A stretch of 62,588 nucleotides of DNA, the filler included, from Asterionella formosa (taxonomy: Eukaryota): NCBI GenBank assembly GCA_002256025.1. It is 20 parts of 20 records of this genome, joined end to end, with 100 filler letters (N's around TTAATTAATTAA, not from the genome) between each part and the next. Parts side by side here need not be neighbours in the genome. Positions count along the whole stretch, not along the records: positions 10,968 to 38,846 come from NKIB01001360.1; positions 38,947 to 40,673 come from NKIB01001361.1; positions 40,774 to 42,498 come from NKIB01001362.1; positions 42,599 to 44,325 come from NKIB01001363.1; positions 44,426 to 46,152 come from NKIB01001364.1; positions 46,253 to 47,979 come from NKIB01001365.1; positions 48,080 to 49,806 come from NKIB01001366.1; 13 more parts are not named here. The stretch is one strand, 5' to 3'. Both the position numbers and the translations under genes were made by a program. Under the pieces are notes generated by a model. It had not been told where the DNA came from and made no database searches. It was given only the letters and a program-made list of their open reading frames with translations. How positions within the stretch are numbered: the first letter of the stretch is position 1; the number at the start of each line of letters is the position of its first letter. Shown here piece by piece: positions 37,734 through 49,806 of the stretch.

Positions 37734-38660
37734 TCGCCGACTATTCCGTTGTTTGATCGGTTTTATTGTCCTATGCAGTTACAGTAACAATGAGAAGGAA
37801 TGACTTGTTAGATAGACATGCTACACTGACACAACATCACGCCGTTCCTTTGTATCCTCTTGCTTGCTTCACTTACCATAAATCAAAGCAAGTGATGCAT
37901 AATTCTGTATAATTAAATTGTCAGTAAATTCTTAAATAAGTAAGTTTCAGGTTTCCAATGTTGTCGAATAAAACTTACCGATTTATTTTCGTTAGCTTAA
38001 CTTTGAGAGAAGGTAAATGTGGCGTGTCTGTCAGTTATGTTGCTTTCATCAGAAGTGAATAAGTCCAATGACAAGAGCACTTACCAATATTGTTTTATTT
38101 TACATTGGTGCTCCCCAACAAGCGAAACGAGCTGTTGAATCAACTGAGAAAAAAGGAAATGTGCGTTTAGTTTACAATTTGTTGTTGTCCTGCTTCCCAA
38201 CGATTGTCATCCAAGTACCACATTGATTGCTTCGTTACCATCTTAAACATACTCCATCCTTTGAAGGCGCAATGTGTCGAAGCCACAATGTTTTTCGTTA
38301 TTGCGTAAACTTTCCTTTCTTGTCATGTGCTTTACTACTTTGCATATTTCTTTTCATGAAGCAGGCATTGTTTGTTAACATGACAGAACGATTTCAAATA
38401 TATTTGCCATGTATATAGTTATAAAATTTATAAATATATAAATGTATCAAGAGTCGTACATTTATAGAAATCAAAGGCACTCTCAATATGGAACGTCTGG
38501 TATTGTTGAGATGATCATATTCGCATAAAGATAATTCGAAAATATTCAATACACTATATGCCCATTGTTTTCCACGACTTCGTTTACTGGTACTGTTTTT
38601 TGAAATTTGTTTGCATCAATATTTTCTACGTCCATTGGAACTAATTATTTAGACCATTCA
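37734..38660. repeat. Dispersed repeat family copy B
   Basis: Colinear with 41162-42105 and 1-390. Confidence 0.85.
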
Positions 38661-38759
38661 ATTGGTGTACTAAGTCATAACCCATTTGTATCATTATTTA
38701 TATGCAAGGATTTTGGTAGCAAAGGCACTCTGAGGATACCACGGGTACCAATTTTTCCA

Positions 38760-38846
38760 GCGGCAAACTGCAATGATGAAGGACACTTGTCCCTTTATTG
38801 ATGGGGATAACACGGAAAACGACTTTTCCAGGAGCAAACAACGATG
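38760..38846 (+). repeat. Dispersed repeat shared with ~57880-57968
   Basis: ACTTGTCCCT.TATTGATG.GGAT.ACACGGA.A..GACTTTTCCAGGAGCAAACAAC.ATG is present in both. Confidence 0.8.
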
Positions 38847-38946
38847 NNNNNNNNNNNNNNNNNNNNNNNNNNNNNNNNNNNNNNNNNNNNTTAATTAATT
38901 AANNNNNNNNNNNNNNNNNNNNNNNNNNNNNNNNNNNNNNNNNNNN

Positions 38947-39972
38947 GATACTTGGCGTATTGCTATTCCTACATCATTATTGGATCCTATTATTAATTGG
39001 TATCATCAGATGTTAGCTCATGTGGGTATGACAAGATTAAATGCTACAATTGCTACACATTTTTATCACCCTATATTAAAAACAAGAGTGGAACATATTG
39101 TAAGAGTATGTGAAGCATGTCAACGTACAAAATTACCTGGTACTGGTTTTGGTGAACTTCCACCCAGGAATGCATTATTATTACCATGGTCAGAAGTCGC
39201 AGTAGATCTAATTGGTCCATGGAAGATAACAGTGGCTGCTCAAACGATTGAATTTCGTGCTCTAACTTGTATTGACACAGTCACCAATTTAGCAGAAATT
39301 TCACGTATCATCAATAAAACATCAGAATATATTGCAATGAAATTTGAAAATGATTGGTTAGCCAGATATCCCCGTCCAGAACGTTGTATACATGACAATG
39401 GAGGTGAATTTACTGGTGCTCCTTTCTTACACATGTTAGTATTGAATGGAATCAAAGATGTGACTACCACAGTAAAGAATCCACAAGCAAATGCTATCTG
39501 TGAACGTTTCCATCAATCTATCAGCAATAGTCTACGAGTTATGTTAAAGGCTCATCCTCCAATCAATGAATTTCAAGCCCAAAATATTGTGGATACATGT
39601 TTTGCAGCTGCGTCATATGCAGCTCGAGCTACTATTCATAGTATATTACGTATTTCACCAGGAGCATGGGTTTTCCAACGTGATATGATATTAAATATTC
39701 CTTTGATTACAGATTTACAATTAATACATCAACGTCGACAGGTGATAATTGACGAACGTTTACGTCGTGCAAATTTCCGTCGTCGATCTTATGATTACAA
39801 AGTGGGTGACGAGATTTTAATATTATTGGATAATCCTACTACTTTGGATGATCGTGGACGAGGTCCTTATACTATTATTCAAGTACATGCCAATGGTACA
39901 GTTACTTTTCAACGCACTATGCATATTACCGAACGAATTAATATTCGTCGTATCAAACCTTTTCATAGGTAA
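38947..39972 (+). CDS. Ty3/gypsy integrase (pol C-terminus, 5' truncated)
   Basis: HQMLAH...CEAC zinc finger, VDLIGPW, HDNGGEF, NPQANAICER, GPY motif. Confidence 0.95.
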   Translation, partial: DTWRIAIPTSLLDPIINWYHQMLAHVGMTRLNATIATHFYHPILKTRVEHIVRVCEACQRTKLPGTGFGELPPRNALLLPWSEVAVDLIGPWKITVAAQTIEFRALTCIDTVTNLAEISRIINKTSEYIAMKFENDWLARYPRPERCIHDNGGEFTGAPFLHMLVLNGIKDVTTTVKNPQANAICERFHQSISNSLRVMLKAHPPINEFQAQNIVDTCFAAASYAARATIHSILRISPGAWVFQRDMILNIPLITDLQLIHQRRQVIIDERLRRANFRRRSYDYKVGDEILILLDNPTTLDDRGRGPYTIIQVHANGTVTFQRTMHITERINIRRIKPFHR

Positions 39973-39998
39973 AAGGTTTTCCCTCAAGTGTGGGAGAG

Positions 39999-40518
39999 TG
40001 AGCAATCCTGCACATCGATACAGATATATATAGAGTTGGGGTTATGTCAAATATATCGGAATTCAATAATGAGAGAACTCGACTAACACCCATTCTATAC
40101 TTTGATGTCAGTTCAGGAAATGAGTTATACATAAGGATTAATTAATAAGCTCATATATTCAACAAATACTACTACTTCTAGTTAGATACTTCACCAGGTA
40201 CCTGGTGAGCGATCTTGCGCATCAATACAGATGTATATAGGGTTAGTGTTATATCATGTATGTATAAGAACTCAATAATGAGAGAACTCGACTAACCCTC
40301 ATTGTATACTTTGGTGTCGACTTGGAGAACGAGTTACACACAAGGATTAACAAATAAGCTCATATATTCAACAAATACTACTACTTCTAGTTAGATACTT
40401 CACTTTGAATTCAAAAAGAGTCCAATTAGAATTAATATTGTTGATGTCCTCTCAAGTTCCAGTGGTCCAATTGATGAAGGATAACAACATACTAAACATC
40501 AAGATTCAAACTTCTTTG
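39999..40518 (+). mobile_element. Ty3/gypsy 3' LTR region with two tandem LTR starts (39999 and 40206)
   Basis: Polypurine GGGAGAG then TGAGC; homologous to 4350-4732. Confidence 0.8.
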
Positions 40519-40773
40519 TGTATCCTTACAAGCCAGGTCAACATTTGGAGTCTTACAGCAAAGATATGATCAATTGACGCTCAGGGAAGCTTGTTTATTG
40601 ATTTCAGTAAATCCTGTGATATGGCTAACACATATATCTTCAGTCCAGCAGATTCCTTGCTTGTTCACCTACTNNNNNNNNNNNNNNNNNNNNNNNNNNN
40701 NNNNNNNNNNNNNNNNNTTAATTAATTAANNNNNNNNNNNNNNNNNNNNNNNNNNNNNNNNNNNNNNNNNNNN

Positions 40774-41160
40774 AGTAGCGTTGCTCATATAGCCGTCAAA
40801 ATAGCGCAGTAATCTTACCAGAACAACTTCCATTCCGGACCTCATTGTCCCTGCCTGTTGTCAACAACAATGCGTGAGCTGACAAGCCATACTAGCATTT
40901 AGGTACACAACAAGAACACACTCACCATTCAACTGTATTGCAGAGTGCTTTTGGATTTCATCCGAATGCTCCTGAATTGAAAGGGTTTGCTGCAATGTCA
41001 ATTGATTGTAGAGGAAGATCAGTGTGAGTTATCAGTAGCGTTGCTCATAAAGCCGTCAAAATAGCGCAGTAATCTTACCAGAACAACTTCCATTCCGGAC
41101 CTCATTGTCCCTGCCTGTTGTCAACAACAATGCGTGAGCTGACAAGCCATACTAGCATTT
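40774..41160. repeat. Direct duplication, 127-bp block with 260-bp period
   Basis: 40774-40900 is nearly identical to 41034-41160. Confidence 0.9.
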
Positions 41161-41161
41161 T

Positions 41162-42475
41162 TCGCCGACTATTCCGTTGTTTGATTGGTTTTATGGTCCT
41201 ATGCAGTTACAGAAACAATGAGAAGGAATGATTTGTTAGCTAGTAGTCATGTTACATTGAAACAACAACAACACGCAATTCCATCGTATCCTCTTGCTTC
41301 ACTTACCACAAATCAATGCAACTGATGCATAAGTCTGTTATAGTAACTTGTCAGTAAGCCAAACTCTTGAATAAGTACGTTTCGGGTATCCAATGTTGTC
41401 GAATAAAACTTACCGGTTCATTTTTGTCATCTTAACTTTGAGAGAAGGTAAACGTTTTGTCAGCTTTGTTCCAACAGAAGTGAAAAGGTCCAACGAGCGA
41501 CAAGAGCACTTACGCAATTTGGTTTGGTTTTACATTGGTGCTCCCCAACAAGCGAAACAAGCTGTTGAATCAACTGAGAAAAAAGGAAATGTGGCTGCGT
41601 TTAGTTAACAATTTGTTGTTGTGCTGCCTGTCTCCCAGCGATTGTCATCCAAGTACCACATTGATGGCTTCATTACCTTAAACATTCTCCATCCTTCGAA
41701 GGCGCAATGCGTCGAAGTCACAATGTTTTTCGTTATGTATTGCAGAAATTTTCTTTTCTTGTCATGTGCTTTACTACGACGTATCTTTTCACGAAGGAGC
41801 AGGCATTGTTTGTTAACATGACAGAACGATTTGAAAAATATGTATGCCATGAATATAGTAATAAAATTTGTAAATATATATATATTTATAGCGTTGGACA
41901 TTTATAAAATTCAAAGGCGCTCTCGATATGGAAGCAACATCTGATATGGTTGGGATGATCATACTCGCATATACATAATTCGAAAATACTCAATGCACTA
42001 TATGTCCATTGTTTTCCACGACTACCTTTACCGGTATTATCTCTGAAATTTGTTTGCATCGATATTTTCTACGTCCGTTGAAACTAATTATTTAGACCGT
42101 TCAAATGCCCCTTTTTTGGGCGGGAGCTCTTCATGTGTACCGGTACATCATATGACAATAACAATGTTTCATTTATACATACAGGGTACCAGTAGCAGGT
42201 AGTAAGTGATATACTGGGGGTAGTCGGAGTAGTACCGGTAAACTAGCAACAGAACACCATATGTTCAGGACTGTTGCTACTGCAGTGGGACAGTAAATTA
42301 TCATAATTTTAGGATCGTATGATCGTAAAACTAAAAACCAATGGAATACCATATATTCAGGACTGTTGCTACTACCGTGGGACAATAAATCATCATAGTT
42401 CTAGGATTGTATGATCGTAAAACTAAAAACCAATAGTCGGAGTAATAAGCAAGCAACAGAACACCATATGTTCTG
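41162..42475. repeat. Dispersed repeat family copy C including 92-bp units
   Basis: Bridges copies A and B. Confidence 0.85.
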
Positions 42476-44633
42476 GCATTCCTACCCGGTAGTTATCANN
42501 NNNNNNNNNNNNNNNNNNNNNNNNNNNNNNNNNNNNNNNNNNTTAATTAATTAANNNNNNNNNNNNNNNNNNNNNNNNNNNNNNNNNNNNNNNNNNNNGC
42601 GCCAGTCCTAGGGCAAATGTGCTGTATCAACCAATGATGGCAAATCCGGCAACATGAAACCCTATGTGATCACCTACGCTTCATTTTTATGAATGGTGGA
42701 GTGACACAATGAAAGGGCAAGACGAATCCAACAATCGCATGCACCAAGCCATGGAAGATGCAAAAGTGCATCCGCAGCATCTCCGTGCACCTTAAATTGT
42801 GGTGGGCAGTTCCATTAGATTTTTTGTAAATTTCGTACGTTGGTTTAAAAATTCCTTTCGCAGCCTTGGATAGCAATTTTTTACCATTTCGTCATTTCCT
42901 TCTGGTGATAGTTGCGAGCAAGTAGTAGAGTAAATGGTTGTTCCACAACAGTATGTTGATAATGATAATCTTGACGCCTGGAGCAGAACCAAGATCAAAA
43001 GCAATGGGAGAAGTATTCCATGCTACAGATTTTTGGCATAGCAATTTCTTGATCATTTGTTGGTGATGTCAAGAATCTTTCTACTAGTTGGTTTTGTATA
43101 CCGGTACATAGAATTGCGGATTTTGGGTGCCCATGTTCCTGGTTCCAGTTGATGTGAATCAACATTCAAATCATCATTCTGAACAGAAGCATGGTGGTTC
43201 ATCAAGGCTTGGCTAGTGCCAGACAAAGTTATGCATGCTATCTGGATCCATAAACCACACTACAGTGATCCCACATTGATCTTGCATTTTCTCTCCATCA
43301 TTTCTTCGCTTTCTTGATTGCTTTTGTCTTTAATGTTTTCATGTGCTGCTCTCCCTTTAATTTGACTTGCTTTATCCACTATCGCCATCTTGCCATTGCT
43401 CATCATGGAAGGAGCAGTTGCAGTGACAGTGGCAGATAATGACAACAAATGGCTTTCATTGTGCTGAAGGGGGTTGACCCATCATTACCAACTGTATCAT
43501 TCCAAACAGTTAAAGATCAGGTTACAGACTGCGCTTCATTCTATACTTTTGCCATGACTGGCACATTCAATACCCAGCAGAATGGAAATGGAGACAATGG
43601 AAAACATTTGACCTCCAGCCACTAAGTATATGGAGTAGGAATTGCTGTTGTACATCACAGACTGTACAAGGTACCAGGTAGTCTACCGGTACTTCCAGTG
43701 GTCTATTGCGTACCTGTATACGGGCATTATACTTGCTTATGTGTATGTACAGTAACAGCTTCAGGAAATTGGGAGGTACCAGATACGACCAAAATCCCTG
43801 CAACCATTCATTGTTCTTGACCCGAGAAGTACAAAAAGTCTGTCTACCTGCGAGTTTTCAGTATGTATCGGTATGGATTTGCCTACCGGTACATATGCAT
43901 TCTGTACATACATATCGTGCTCAGACATCGTCTCGTGCATCCAACACATAAATACCTGTATATTATTTACAAAGAAAGCAATAACAAAAACACTCATTCA
44001 ATCATCATCATCAGCATCATTTGCAGAGGAGTGTGATGATCAATGACAGTACCTGGTACCAGGTACCTGGTACCATACATACCGGTGTACGGTATATGCA
44101 CTGACTACCAGGTACCAGCAGTCTACTGGTAACAATATAAAGCACTCTTGCTTGATTGAAGGCATTAAATATATTTCTATCCACCCGCACACTATTAACA
44201 CAAGCAACTTCTATCAGGCAAGGATGCCAAAGACAACATCGAAGAAACGAAAACAAGGTGACGTGTGGTCGAGCGGCGATCATGAGGTTCGCAAAATGGA
44301 AGCCTCCCGGAAGTCTACCAGGAAANNNNNNNNNNNNNNNNNNNNNNNNNNNNNNNNNNNNNNNNNNNNTTAATTAATTAANNNNNNNNNNNNNNNNNNN
44401 NNNNNNNNNNNNNNNNNNNNNNNNNATCGCTGGAATAGATGAAAGCGATCCATAGAATAATAGAATAATGAGCCAGGAATACTAAGTAGAAGTAGCATAA
44501 ATGGTTTTTTGAATTCGGTGCTAAGTAAACAACGTGTCCCCTTCCCGAATCCGGGTTTGAGGTCCGGATCCAATCTCCGGGTTCTGCGGCAGTCGAGTTG
44601 CGCTTTGCCAAGCCACTTTCGAGTCACAACGAA

Positions 44634-45826
44634 TTATGTGAGATGAGCCGTGGCATGTGCGTCTCGCCCTGCCATTGTCGACCGAGATGTAAATGCCGGT
44701 GTGTTGTCTGGGGGGTGAAAGAAGGTGGTAGTTGTGATCATCTTTTGGCTGACAGTCTTCGTGAATTCCGCCACTTGCTTGCGATTGTAAATTAGAAATG
44801 CGTCGGATTTCCATCTTCCTATGAGCATCACCATGTAGTTTGGTACCCCAGAAAGTATCATCGCCATGGCCACCGCACTGCGAATCGAATGTAGTCCAAT
44901 GTCCAGTGGGTCATAACCAAGGTGGTCCCGTCCAAGCGTTGTAGCCAGTGTGCGAACTCTTTTCATCGCAGTCTCGGCTTTGAGTGTGTAAGTTTGTGTC
45001 CCTGACATGTAGGTGTTAATTGCCGAGGAGGTGTTGGTGCCTGGAATGTTCAGTATTTTGTTGACAATACAAGCCCCTTGGCATACTGGGCACATGATGG
45101 GGTCCGAAGTGCGACTTAGGGTGATGGCTTCATCCTTTTCCCCATTCTTCTGATCGCGAAATGTGATGCAGATGATGTCGGCGAGATGATTGGTTGTGTG
45201 GTCATGGGTGATGTCAGTGCGATCCTGAAAGAAACGTAGATCCTGGACTCGGAGTAATTTGGTGCGGCGTTCTCCAGTGATCGTCAGGTATTCGCAGGAG
45301 CGCATTGCGAAGAAAAAGGCTAGGATGGCTAGAGGACCCAGGCAAACATCAACCGGTGTAGCTTGGTGAAAATACAATTTTAAAATAAAGTCAATTGTCA
45401 ACGCCCTCTGGTGTTTGACGGCTGGATCGTGTGTCTGTAGGCCGACAGCTGGAGGCGTAAAATTCGGTGAGTTTTGCCATGTATGTTGATAGTGGGGTCG
45501 GGTCGGTCATGCTCCACAAAGGTCGCCGAAAGAGATGCGATGGTATCGCGGACTGTTGCTGATGCCAGAGGAGTGTCTCGATGTGCGCTGAACTCGGCTT
45601 GCCGGATGGCGTGCGCGAAGGCTCCGACGATGAGTCGGGTGCGGTGTTCCGGGGAGAGGTGGACGAGGAAAGGGTCAGTGGCAGCGCAGAATCCGATGGA
45701 GCCCAGGAATTCTTTCCAAATGCGGAAGACGCGAGTGTACTTCGCTTTGGTATTAGTTTGAAGCCCTTGGGAGCGCGCTCTCTCTGCGTCCATAAGGTAT
45801 TCCTGATGGTGTGTAATTTCACTCAT
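44634..45826 (-). pseudogene. Tyrosine recombinase of DIRS/Ngaro-like element, one frameshift at ~45430
   Basis: FFFAMRSCEY, QKNG, HSIR, IGRWKSDAFLIY catalytic motifs; the frameshift joins AYRH to DPAVKHQRAL. Confidence 0.85.
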
Positions 45827-46353
45827 GGTTGATTGTTGCGTTTTAGGTTATAATTCATCAACAAATATGTGCCATGCCACTGGGTCATATGACACACACG
45901 GTAGCTAGATGTTGATCACACTTGTATACTTGTACGATGGATAGTATATAGACACCGAGTGGTGATTTAGACTGTTTATATATTTACCAGTAGTGGATTG
46001 GAAAAGGAATCTATGTAAAATACACGCAAATTTCCACTGATTTAAATATTTCAAATGGAATCATGTCATTCAAAATTGGCCCATAGAAATTCGGAATTCC
46101 AGGGAATTTCGGGAATCCAAAGGCAGCAATATTTTAATTTTTGCCTACGTTANNNNNNNNNNNNNNNNNNNNNNNNNNNNNNNNNNNNNNNNNNNNTTAA
46201 TTAATTAANNNNNNNNNNNNNNNNNNNNNNNNNNNNNNNNNNNNNNNNNNNNAAATACGGCCTTCATTCTTTTTTACGCACAGCAACTGTGCACTAGCTT
46301 ATCCGTATCTATGCAGTTGTGATGATGTCTCAAGCCGATAATACTAAAGTTAA

Positions 46354-47979
46354 CTATTGTGATTTTTTGGCTACCTTTGACTTCAGACTCCTAACCAGGG
46401 AACTCAGCGCTGCGGCACCACTGCTGGAATTAGTAGAAATAGATTCAGCATTAGCATCGCCAACAACGTGGGAGAGCTTCGGCTTCTTTCGCGTGGCTCT
46501 TCGCTGCTTAGTTTGCTCGGATAAGATTTTTCTCATTGCTTCTGTGTCTTTGTAACTTGAATCTGTGCGATCAATACCAAATCGATCGTCCGATCCCTGC
46601 AAGACGGCTGCGAAACGAGTGTCCATCACATCAATACTAAAGTCGCCTCCGGAAGTATTGGAAGCCAAGGCCGCTTCCTTGCGTTTACGGGCGCCCTTGA
46701 GTTTCTTGCCCTTGTTCTTATCCATCCTGATAATGCCGCGCATATTATAGTCCTTGGTCGCCTCTTCGTCATTGTCGCCGGCCAAGATAAGTTCGAGCTC
46801 AGCTTTAGTGCTTGGCGCTCCTATAGCAGTTCGTTCGTCTTCAACCTCAACCTTGCCCATCCTGTACGTCGAATTCTGTTGCTTTGAGTTTGTTGGTGTG
46901 TTCCTGTCTACTAAGAAGTCACCGCTGTCACCCGATTCACTGTTACCGACAAATTTTGTTTGACCAAAATCTGGATCATCATCGTAAATTTCAGCTTCAT
47001 TGGCACTAGGAGCGTTGCCTCCACGCTTAGATCTGAGAGTCTGACGTTTTTCTCGGCGCTTTTGTTTTCGCTTTTCCTGGTATTTTTCCCAAGGAGTGAT
47101 CTCCTCCACTGCTTTCGAATCAAGCTTAGATCGGATCTTTTCTTCCAAGCCCTTTCCCTTACCAGGTGTGAAAGTTACCATCTTGTCAACGTCGTCTTCC
47201 TCGCCGCTACTAAAATCATCATCATCATCACTTTCGAGACCAAGCATTTTTCTCATTTCCGATCCTTTCTTTGCGCCTTTACCATCATCTTCTTCACCCT
47301 CAGACGATTCGTCGTCGCTTTGAATACTGGAATTGTCGGAGGCCAAGTACGCTTTCAAGTCTTCTCCTTCGGCCATCGCACTCCAATCTGCCTGTTGACT
47401 ATATCTAGTCAACTTACGTTCACGCTCCATATCTCCATCGTCCCAAGTACAGTTCACACTGGTTTGTTGAAGAGCTCCGACGACAAACTCAGGAGGGTCA
47501 TATTTACTCGGCAAAGCTGTCGCTTCATCTCGTAACTTCCTTCCTTCGGTAACACCCTTCAATTGGTTTGGACCAATGGATCGCAAGTCCATGGCGGCAC
47601 TTGAGTGCTCTAGTTCTAAGCCGTCGACCTCCTTGTACGCCAAGTTAGCTAATTCAGGCGAATTGAACTCGACGACGGCAAAGTAATACTTAAGCTTCGA
47701 CGCTTCATAGGATCGAAGCTTTTCAGGATCAAAATCAGTGTCTAATGTGCCTGCCTGAATCTTCATATTAATGGAAGGTCTCTCGCCTTCGAAGCTGCTT
47801 TCTTCGTCCTCAGAAGGCTCGACGGCGTTGTCGTTGCTTTGAAAATTATTTCCTTTCCAAATATCAATAGGCCCTTGTGTTTCTTCCTTAGCCATTTGCA
47901 CTTTTCCAAAATCACTAGGAAAAATTTGAACCTTCTTCACTGAACCCGGGGGAGTGAAACTCGACAAGATAGCAAAGAG
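46354..47979 (-). CDS. ESF1: Pre-rRNA processing protein ESF1, 5' truncated
   Basis: FPSDFGK..M..E...GP, LRSYE..KLKYYFAVVEF, DGLELE.S...DLR, TWDD, C-terminal DTRF...FGIDRT (NUC153-like). Confidence 0.9.
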   Translation of the reverse strand, partial: LFAILSSFTPPGSVKKVQIFPSDFGKVQMAKEETQGPIDIWKGNNFQSNDNAVEPSEDEESSFEGERPSINMKIQAGTLDTDFDPEKLRSYEASKLKYYFAVVEFNSPELANLAYKEVDGLELEHSSAAMDLRSIGPNQLKGVTEGRKLRDEATALPSKYDPPEFVVGALQQTSVNCTWDDGDMERERKLTRYSQQADWSAMAEGEDLKAYLASDNSSIQSDDESSEGEEDDGKGAKKGSEMRKMLGLESDDDDDFSSGEEDDVDKMVTFTPGKGKGLEEKIRSKLDSKAVEEITPWEKYQEKRKQKRREKRQTLRSKRGGNAPSANEAEIYDDDPDFGQTKFVGNSESGDSGDFLVDRNTPTNSKQQNSTYRMGKVEVEDERTAIGAPSTKAELELILAGDNDEEATKDYNMRGIIRMDKNKGKKLKGARKRKEAALASNTSGGDFSIDVMDTRFAAVLQGSDDRFGIDRTDSSYKDTEAMRKILSEQTKQRRATRKKPKLSHVVGDANAESISTNSSSGAAALSSLVRSLKSKVAKKSQ

Positions 47980-48079
47980 NNNNNNNNNNNNNNNNNNNNN
48001 NNNNNNNNNNNNNNNNNNNNNNNTTAATTAATTAANNNNNNNNNNNNNNNNNNNNNNNNNNNNNNNNNNNNNNNNNNNN

Positions 48080-49806
48080 ACCGGTGGAAGGTTTGAATCG
48101 TTTGATCAAGATATGATCGATGGAAGCTCGGTGGAAGCATTGTTAATTGGAGTGAGTCAATTTCGTGACATGGCTAACACATGTGCCTTTAGCCCTGCAG
48201 ATACCTCTTCCTACTTTAAAAGGTGTTTGACCGACATTGCCTTATCGGATTGGTTGAATGTGGAAGTACACCCAGAAGATCAATCTTATGATAGTTTCGA
48301 TGAAGCGATGGTTTTATGGTTAGACGATTTGTTATTTTCAACGTCAACAACAATGGATACTACGCTATTTATCTAAACCCTTTTCTATGTTGGTAATGGA
48401 TTTCGGAGCTCGTTTTAAAACTTTTAACAGGCTACTTCAAATAATGCCTCATCCAGAAGATCAAGTTGGATTGTCAAAAGAAGATATGCGGATTATCATT
48501 ATCCGTTCTATGCCCGATGAGTGGCAACAAGAGTTTGAATTAAATCATGCGAAGACTTCAGACCAATCGATTCGCTCGGTTCTCGCTTACTTCGAGAGTC
48601 AACAATCGTTTAAGGATCGAAACAAGCATCTTCCCAAAAACAGTTTTCAAACAATCACACAAAATATGCACATTTGATGTTATTTAAGGACGTGATTTCC
48701 TCCGTCAAGTTGGTTTAACCATTGATTTCGTAAATAACACCATGTCCTGTATGGATATGATTGTTCCTATGCATCCTCTCACATTCTTTGATGATAGAGA
48801 ACGTTTACGAGATGTATTATTATATTTCGATGCACCTATGATTGTGGAATCTTCATATGCGCTGGAAATTAAAGCTGCTGAATATAATTACCTAAATATT
48901 GATACAGTGGTGGATAAACAGATACATTTGACAACAATACAACGATCATGTTTACAAACTATATTGGTTAAATATCAAACATTATTTGATGGCAAATTAA
49001 AAGTCTATCCTCATAAACAGGTACATTTGGAATTATTATCAAATTTCTGTCCCTCGTCATCAACAAGCATATCCGGTCGCTCATATTCATTTAGAAGTTT
49101 TCAAAACCGAATTACAACGATTATGTGATATTGGAGTCCTCCAATTTCCACATCATCTAAATCACTAAGGATCTGTTCCATAGTTTCTTGTGCAATATCA
49201 GATGATTGTTTCAACCCCATAGGGAGACGTAAATATTTATATAAACCAAATGGAGTTGAAAAAACACATAAGTTTTGACTCTCCACATCCAATGCAAAAG
49301 TATAGTAGTGCATGGAAACATCCAATTTGGTGAAAAATACATATCCAGCACGTTTAGTGAGAATAGTTTTTATTCGAGGCAAAGGATATATATTGCGATT
49401 GATGACTTTATTAAGTTCACGAAAATCTGATACCCATCGGACACTTCCATCTTTTTTTGGAATAATAAAAGTGGGAGATGCTATGTGGGCTGTTTTTCAA
49501 TGAATTTTTCGGATCATCTTCATTTATTGGACACTGTTTTACATCGTTTACAGACAAATGGTTTTACAATCAATCCATCTAAGTGTGAATGGGCCGTCCA
49601 AGAGACAGATTGGTTAGGCTATTGGTTAACTCCTAATGGACTGAAACCTTGGTCTAAAAAGGTCCGAGCATTGATTAATATGTCTTCACCTACCAATCTT
49701 AAACAAGTTCGATCATTTCTCGGTGCTGTTACTTACTATCGAGACATGTTTCCTAGACGTTCTCACGTTCTTGGACCACTTACGGATTTAATTGGAACTA
49801 GTCCAT
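48080..49806 (+). pseudogene. Rearranged Ty3/gypsy gag-pol fragment
   Basis: gag-like RSMPDEWQQEF; jump to protease end GRDFL; RT near-identical to 55427+ but 49141-49480 is inverted. Confidence 0.9.

Noticed and set aside
42599..43560. Decayed coding-like region
   Set aside because: No recognisable motif in the frames examined
46960..47535. 191-aa plus-strand ORF, and similar antisense ORFs over copine, the J-like gene and YR
   Set aside because: Shadow ORFs of genes on the opposite strand
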